Below are positions 56,094 through 64,000 of a stretch of DNA of 64,000 nt, one piece after another. The DNA comes from the human T2T-CHM13v2.0 reference genome, Homo sapiens. The stretch lies in assembly GCF_009914755.1 (NCBI RefSeq), contig NC_060928.1; one strand, given 5' to 3'. Every line of letters begins with the position of its first letter. The first letter of the stretch is position 1. A program made the translations under genes and the position numbers. The notes below the pieces were generated by a model that made no database searches, was not told where the DNA came from, and worked only from the letters and a program-made list of their open reading frames with translations.

Positions 56094-58364
56094 TGTATTA
56101 GTCCATTTTCACATTGCTGATAAAGACATACCTGAGACTGGGCAATTTACAAAAGAAAGAGGTTTAATGGGCTTACAGTTCCACATGGCTGGGAAGGACT
56201 CACAATCATGGTGGAAAGTGAAAGGCACACCTTGCATGGCGGCAGACAAGAGAAGAGAGCTTGTGCAGGGAACCTCCCCTTTTTAAAACCATCAGCTCTC
56301 ATAAGACTTATTCACTATCACAAGAACAGCATTGTGAAAGGCCCGCCACCATGTCTCAATCATGTCCCACTGGATACCTCCCACAACACGTGGGAATTAT
56401 GGGAGCTACAAGATGAGATTTGGGTGGGGACACAGATCAAGCCATGTCATTCAACCCTGGCCCCTCCCAAATCTCATATCTTCACATTTCCAAACCAATC
56501 ATGCATTCCTAACAGTCCCCCAAGTCTCAACTCATTTCAGCATTAACTCAAAAGTCCATGGCCTGAAGTCTTATCTGAGATGAGACAAGTCCCTTCCACC
56601 TATGAGCCAGTAAATTCAAAAGCAAGTTATTTAATTCCTAGACACAATGGGGGTACAGGCGCTGGATAAATACAGCCACTCCAAATGGGAGAAATTGGCC
56701 AAAACAAAGGGGTGACAGGCACTATGCTAGTTCAAAATCCAGCTGGGCAGCAAAATCTTAAAGCTTCAAAATGATCTCCTTTGACTCCATGCCTCACATC
56801 CAGGTCATGCTGATGCAAGAGATGGGCTCCACACCCTTGGGCAGCTCCAACTCTGTGGTTTTGCAGGATATAGCCCCATTCCTGGCTGCTTTCACAGGCT
56901 GGCATTGTGTCTGTGGCTTTTCCAGGCATATAGTGCAAGCTGTCAGTGGATCTACCATTCTGGGATCTGGAGGATGGTGGCCCTCTTCTCACAACTCCAC
57001 TAGGCAGTGTCCCAGTAGGGACACTGTGTGGGGGCTCTGACCCCAGATTTCCCTTCTGCACTGCACTAGCAAAAGTACTCCATGAGAGCCCCACCCCTAC
57101 AGCAAACTTCTGCTTGGGCACCCAGGCATTTCCATACATTTTCTGAAATCTAGCCAGAGGTTCCCAAACCTCAATTCTTGACTTCTGTGCACTCACAGGC
57201 TCAACACCACATGGAAGCTGCCAAGGCTTGAGGCTTTCACCCTCTGAAGCCACAGCCCTAGCTTTATATTGGCCCCTTTTGGCTATGGCTGGAGCAGTTG
57301 AGATGCAGGACACCAAGTCCCTAGGCTGCACACAGGATGAGGACCCTGGGCCTGGCCAACAAAACCACCTTTTCCTCCTAGGCCTCCAGGCCTGTGCTGC
57401 AATGTCTGTGACATGCCCTGCAGACAATTTCCCCATTGTCTTGGTGATTAACATTCGGCTCCTTGTTACTTAGGCAAATTTCTGCAACTGGTTGAATTTC
57501 ACCTCAGAAAATGGGATTTTCTTTTTTATTGCATTGTCAAGCTGTGAATTTTCCTAACTTTTATGCTCTGTTTCCCTGTTGAAACTGAATGCCTTTTACA
57601 GCACTCAAGTCATTTCTTGAATACCTTGATTCTTAGAAATTTCTTCCCCCAGATAAACTGAATCATCTCTCTCAAATTCAAAGTTCCACAAATCTCTATG
57701 GCAGAGGCACAATGCCACAAGCCTCTTTGCTAAAGCATAACAAAAGTCACCTTTGCTCCAGTTCCCAACAAGTTCCTCATCTCTATCTGTGGCCATGTCA
57801 GCCTGGATTTCATTGTCTATATCATTATCAGCATTTTGGCCAAAGCCATTCAACAAGTCTCTAGGGAGTTCCAGACTTTCCCATGTTTGTCTTCTTCTGA
57901 GCCCTCCAAACTGTTCCACCTTCTGCTCCTTACCCTGTTCCAAAGTTGCTTCTGCATTTTTCATGATCTTTTCAGCAACAACCCTCTCTACTGGTACCAA
58001 TTTACTCTATTAGTCCATTTTCACATTGCTGATAGAGACATACCTGAGACTAGGCAATTTACAAAAGAAAAAGGTTTCATGAACTTACAGTTCCACATGG
58101 CTAGAGAGGCTCCACAATCATGGTGGAAGGGGAAAGGCACATCTCACACAGCAGCAGAGGAGAAGAGAAGAGAAGAGAAAAGAGAACCTCCAATTTTTAA
58201 AAACCATCAACTCTCATGAGACTTATTCACTATCACAAGAACATCATGGAAAAGACCCACTCCCATGATTCAATCATCTCCCACTGGGTCCATCCCACAA
58301 CATGTGGGAATTAAGGAAGCTACAAGATGAGATTTGGGTGGGGACACAGAGCCAAACCATATCA
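56094..58364 (-). mobile_element. Full-length THE1B-like MaLR provirus (LTRs 56094-56449 and 58006-58364)
   Basis: 2271 bp, two LTRs, 5-bp TSD CTGTG (56089-56093 / 58365-58369). Confidence 0.95.
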
Positions 58365-61099
58365 CTGTGGCACCCACCTTTCTCTCTTGTTGCCACTCTT
58401 GACATGTAACATGCCAGCTCCTCCTTTGCCTTTCACCATGCTCATAAGTTTCCTTAGGCTTTACTGGAAGCCAAGCAGTTTCTGGTGCTATGTTTTCTAC
58501 ACAGCTTGCAGAACTGTGAGTCAATTAAACCTATTTTCTGTATAGTTAGGCAAAAAATGGCCTAATACAGAAAACAGGTATTGAGGAGTGGCATATTGCT
58601 ATAAAATTGCCCTCAGATGTGGAAGTGGCTTTGGAATTGGGTAAGAGGCAAAGGTTCTAAGAGTTTGGAGGGCTCAGAACAAGAAAAAAAAGAAAGTTTG
58701 GAACTTCTCAGAGACTTGTTAACTGGTTTTGACCAAAATACCGATAGAAATATGAGCAGTATAGGTCAGGCTGATGAGGTCTCCAATGGAAATGAGGAAG
58801 CTGTTGGGAACTGGAGTAAAGATTATTTGTAATATACCCTTCCAAAGAACTTGGCCACATTGTGTTTATGTCTTAGAGATCTGTGGAAGGTTAAACTAAA
58901 GAGTGATGACTTAGGGTATCTGGTGGAAGAAATTTCTAAGCAGCAGAATGTTCAAGATGTGGCCTAGCTGCTTCTAACAGCTTACAGTCAGATACAGGAA
59001 CAAATAAATGACTTAAATTTGGAACTTATATTTAAAAGGGAAATAGAACATAAAAGTTCGGAAAATTTGCAGAGTAGTCCAGTGGTAGAGATAGAAGCTA
59101 AGCAGGCCGAGGAGGAACCATTTGGTAGAAAGATTAGCATGACTAAAAGGGAGCCAAGTGCTAGTATCCAAAACAATAGGGAAAAGGCCTTGAAAGTATT
59201 TCAGAAGTCTTTGAGATAGCCTCTCTCATCATAGGCCCAGAGACCTAGGAAGAAAGAATAGTTTTGGGGGCCTGGCCCAGGGTACAACTGCTCTGAATAG
59301 CTTAGGACACTGCTCCCCATATCCTGGCGACTCTGGCTCTGCTGTTAACTCAAGGGAGACAAGGTAGATCTTGGGCCACCACCCCAGAGGGTGCAAGCCA
59401 TAAGCCTTGGTGGTTTCCACGTGGTGATAAGTCTGCAGATTGTTTGAATGCATGCTTGAAGGAGGCTTGGGGGCTTCTACTTAGATTTCAGAGGATGTAT
59501 AGAAAAGCCTGGGTACCTAAGCAGAAGCCTCCCACAGGGGCAGAGCCCCAACAGAAAAACTGTACTAGGAGGAGAAATGTGGAGTTGGAGCACCCACACA
59601 GAGTCCCCACCAGGACACTGCTTATTGGAGCTGTGACAAGGAGCCCACCACTCTCCAGACCCCAGAATGATAGATTCACTAGCAGCTTAGACCCTCTTCT
59701 TGGAAAAACTCCAAACACTCAACTCCAACCTATGAGAGAAACCACGTGACCTGTACCCTGAGAGGCCACAGGAGCAGAGATGCTGAAGGTCTTCGGAGCT
59801 CACTCCACACACCAGGATGCAGAACATGGTGTGAAAGCTTATGTTGGAGCTTTAAGATTTGATGTCTGCCCTACAGGGTTTCAAAATTGTATGAGACCTA
59901 TTACTGCCTTCTTTTGGTCAATGTTTTGCTTTTGGAATGGAAATGTATACCCAGTTCCTATACCACCATTGTATTTTTGGAGTAAACAGCTTATTTTTGA
60001 TTGCACAACCTCGTAGATGGAAGGAATTTGCCTCCAGATGAGACTTTTGACTTGGGACTGTTGAGTTAATGCTGAAACAAATTAAGACTTTGCGGATCAA
60101 TTGCAAAGGCATAATTTTATTTTGAAATGTGAGAAAGGCACGAGATGTGGAGGGCCAGGCATGGAATGATATGGTTTCGATGTTTGTTCCCTCCAAATCT
60201 AATGTTAAAATGTAATTCCCACTGTTGGAGGTGGGGCATGGTGGGAGGCGATTGGATCATGGGGGCAGATCCCTTATGAATGGCTTAGTTACATTCCCTT
60301 GGTGATGAATGAGTTCTCACTCTGGTACTTCATACAAGATCTAGTTGTTTAAGAGTATGAAATCTCCCCCATCTCTCTCTTGCTCCTGCTTTTTCTATGT
60401 GATACACCTGCTCCCCCTCTGCCTTCTGCCATAATTCTAAGATTCCTGAGGTTTCACCAGAAGCTGAGCCAATGCTGGCATCATGCTTTCTGTACAGCAC
60501 ATAGAACTGTATGCCAATTAAACCTCTTTATAAATTACTTAGCCTATGTTACTGCTTTCTAGTAATACAAAAACTAACACACTATGTGAGGACATGGAGG
60601 TGGCCATTTATAAGCCAAAGAAAGAGGCCTCAGAAGAAACCAACCCTACTGACACCTTGATCTGGGATTTCTAGCCTTCAGAACTGTGAGACAATTATTT
60701 TTGTTTTTATAAGCCCAACAGTCTCTGGTATTATACTTTGTTATGGCAGCTCTAGAAAGCTAATATGGGTGAAGTGGGAGGTGGCAGAATAGATTGAGCC
60801 CTCTCTATTGAGTAGAGGATTTGTAGGAAGAGTAAAGGGTTGGTAGGAATTAGGTGGAACATGATTAAAGGAAAGAGAAACACAGGCAAAGGAAGTAATG
60901 TATACCATGAAGCCAGAGACCTGAAAAGCTCTGTTCCCTCCAGGTAGTATTTGATTCATCTGCCTAAGCCATCAGCAAGACCAAAGAGTGAGGCTTCTAT
61001 ATGGATGGGATTTTCATTCATAGTTTCCCATTATACATATCTTCAAGGCCAGACTTTCAAGTTAGCTGGGTCATTTATTTTTTTCATATCATTAATGTT

Positions 61100-61330
61100 A
61101 ATACTTAAAATACCTAACATTTATTGAGTAGTTATTTATTTTAAGCACTACTGTAAGTACTTTACTGTCATCAACATGTTCAAGACTCCAAGCAATTCTA
61201 TGTGGTGTTTTTTATTAATATTTTTATAGATGTGTTAACTGAGACACAAGGAAACAGACAGGTGAATTCCTCAACAGCACAGAGCAAACATAAGAGAAGG
61301 AAAATGAATCTGATGAGTTGTTCTGACTCT
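61100..61330 (-). mobile_element. MIR
   Basis: CTAACATTTATTGAG...TTTTATAGATGTGTTAACTGAGACACAAG. Confidence 0.7.
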
Positions 61331-61905
61331 AGAACCCATATTATGAACTCAATTGTAGTTATTTTGGAACCCTGCATGTAAATTTTCTTCAAAAATGTTC
61401 TAAGGTTTGTTTGTCGTTGTTGTGGCTTTTTTCTCATTTTAACAAATAGGTGTCCTGCCCTAAAATCAGATTATAATGAAAATATGGAGTCCATTTCAGC
61501 CCCTGATGACATTTTAAAATTATGAGTGAACCCTGAGCTCCAAACTTCTAGTTAAATAAACAATGTGTTCTCATGTTTTAAAATACTGTTCATCAGAGTT
61601 TTTGTTACTTGAAGCCAAAACTTTCTTGAAAAAATTTTAACATATAAGAAAAACAAAACGAAAATTCCCAGACATATCGTATTAGGAAAATGAAAGAACA
61701 TATTGTCTGTACTTCCACTAAATATCCAAACTGTTAATGTTTTAATGTGTATGACATTACATATATTTTCTACACATAAATTACCAAAAAAGGATCATTT
61801 TTTAATATACATTTTATCCTAACATTATTTTATGAACATTTTTCTATTATACATCTTATATGTATGAAATATGCATGAAACAATGGCACTAAATATTCTT
61901 CTTAA

Positions 61906-62127
61906 CAGGAATCAGCAAACTTTTAAATATAAAAGGTCAGATAATAAATATTTTAGGTTTGGAGGCCATATGGTATCTGCTGCAACCACTCAACTCTTCT
62001 ATTGTAACATAAAAGTAGCCTTAGGTTATATATAACCAAATGGACAAAACCATGTTCTGTTAAAACTTTATTTACAAAATCAAGTGGGGGGCCAGATTTG
62101 ACAAGTGGGCCAGTTTGCCAATCATTG
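61906..62127 (+). mobile_element. MER58A-like hAT MITE
   Basis: TIRs CAGGAATCAGCAAACT / AGTTTGCCAATCATTG; AAAACTTTATTTACAAAA. Confidence 0.85.
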
Positions 62128-64000
62128 TTTTAAAGCATTGCTTTGAATGGCTGTTTTGAATCCCTTTACTATATGTACTATGTTTCTTAAGCCTTTCTAA
62201 AGGCAGAAAAAAATATATCTTATATAGTTGCTATAACCCATAGCACTAGAAACACAGATATGTTATAAATGTCAGTTTAATTAATAAATTAACAAATGCT
62301 GATAAAGTTTAGAATCAAGATTCAAGTTTTGAAATGTATAAGAAAGACACAAATTTGAAGAAAATAGGTAATCTATTCCAGTAAATAAAGAAGGAGAATT
62401 TGGGAAGCTTTTTATTCAGTGGGCTATGAGAAAGCAAATGAAATAGGAAAACCAGAAAAGATAAGGTTGAAATAGCTAATGGACAAATAGTAGAATCCAA
62501 AGAAGCATTCTTAGGAGGAAGGATATATAGCATTGAAGTAGAACAAAATCTGGATTGGGCTTTGGTGCTCAGACCAAGAGGACTTGGGTCATAATAATTT
62601 GAGGTTTAATTTGAGAGGAGCCACTTTACTGGAGGGAAAGTGTTTGGTTCTTTGCAAAATTAGAGTGTTAAGTTGATGATGTCCACCCAAATCTAGACAA
62701 TTTTTGCATTAATCTTTGGTTACAGATGTTCTTTCTTCTGAAAAAAACAGTTTGGTTCTCACTAGGTTAACTTAAATATGAGCATTCATCAGATGGGAAT
62801 ATTAAATCACAAGATAAAAATATTTTGGTGACTTGGGACTGTACTATTCCACACCATAAAGCAAAAATTCAAATCATGGAAGCATGCATATTTGCAAGCA
62901 TTGAGCTGGTTGTATTATTAAATGTTTCCCACAATTCCTCAAAATCTATAAAAGAAAGCTATGAAAAAACAAAGGAATTATTTGCCATCTGGCTAAACCT
63001 AATTAAATACCCCTCTAGAAAGTTGGTACATCTTTCCCTTAAGGATATTATAGCAATTTTCCATTAGATGTTGTGTTCCTCCTCAATAGTTCACAGAGGC
63101 GAAAAGATAATACTTCATTCAAACAGAGACTCCTGTTGGATTGTACAGTCCAGGCCCTGTAACCTGTGAACTAGGAAAAAAAGTGTGAGCAATCCCTATA
63201 GGTTTACCAGCGGATGCAGGGGTAAGTGCCTTATGTGGAACTATGGTGATAAATGGGAACGATTCAATTGCTCAGAAGTTTGAAGCTTCTATTTAGTGAG
63301 GCCTACATAATAATTTAACACACTCCATGAAGCACTTGGAAATGTGATTTCAAAAACCCTGTTTATTCCTGGCAACACTTAGGGTCAAAGCACTCATCTG
63401 TGACTCAGAGAATCATTGTTGATACGGATTGGTTAACATCTTTATCAGGAAGAATGTAGAGATTTATCACTTTAAGAGATCTTTCGAACAGAGACCTTGC
63501 ATATTTTTGTAATGAAATGTTACTTTTCATTTTCCTAGAACCTTGGGATCATGAGTAGTTTGTACATAAATAGGCGAATATTAATTCTTAACTGCTGAGC
63601 AGAGTAGAGAAAGGTAAAATGCTAATGCTGGTAGTTTAAAGTCCATCGACAGAAGATGATGAGAAAAATATAGGTGTGTTAACCAGCTTGGATAATGATA
63701 ATGTAGTATGTTTTTGACATCTGAGATATTGTTTTTATTCTAGCAATGACCGTGCTCTCCCTTAACACATTACTATTACTACTGACATTTCTCCTACTAC
63801 CACCACTACTTACCATTTATGGAAAATGTACAATATGCTAGTCTTTAGTAAATTCATTCCAATAATATGTATCTAATCTTTAAAATATGCAGAACACTGT
63901 GGTAAATCCTAAGTACACACTGACGTGGCATTTCCTTTTCAGTTCTAAGCCCTTTCAGAAAGTTGTTTTATGTCCACATGTTAGGCCTGAAGACGTAACC

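Larger units (their letters stand above)
55862..60581 (+). mobile_element. MSTA-type MaLR provirus (5'LTR 55862-56093 plus 58365-58569; internal 58570-60166; 3'LTR 60167-60581)
   Basis: Both LTRs start TGATATGGTTT and end CTAA(T/C)ACA; ~1.6-kb MaLR internal region. Confidence 0.92.
55662..60767 (+). mobile_element. MLT1B-like LTR in two halves (55662-55861 and 60582-60767)
   Basis: Left half CTTTAAAGAGGTAGTTAGGTTAAAATGA...CACAGAGGG; right half ATGTGAGGACA...GAGGCCTCAGAAGAAACCAACCCT...TTATGGCAGC. Confidence 0.85.

Noticed and set aside
56732-57454. 240-aa ORF and neighbouring ORFs
   Set aside because: Residual MaLR internal reading frames shared with the other THE1/MST copies; no sign of a host gene

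Overview
Primate (very probably human) nuclear DNA: AT-rich, CpG-depleted and dominated by interspersed repeats. No cellular protein-coding gene, RNA gene, CpG island or CRISPR array is supportable, and every long ORF in the track derives from L1 or LTR elements. Main contents: two twin-primed (5'-inverted) L1s, one L1PA5-7-like that keeps its whole 5'UTR (1-2471) and one young L1PA2 with a 19-bp TSD (29636-32465); older L1PA15/16, L1PB and L1M copies; ERV1 pieces (MER57, MER50 and MER41-like solo LTRs, plus a MER65-like 3' end with an env TM remnant); many MaLR LTRs including two three-level nests (44020-51280, 55662-60767); Tigger3, MER58, seven Alus plus an Alu monomer, MIR/L2 fossils and microsatellites. 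I did not find a new biological system. The best leads are inversion-junction chimeric L1 ORFs and a flipped L1 promoter, a MER41-type LTR with GAS motifs, a THE1 provirus with discordant LTRs, a cluster of three fold-back palindromes, and a perfect DUX4 motif. Subfamily names come from recalled consensus features, not a database run, and boundaries of old elements are approximate.
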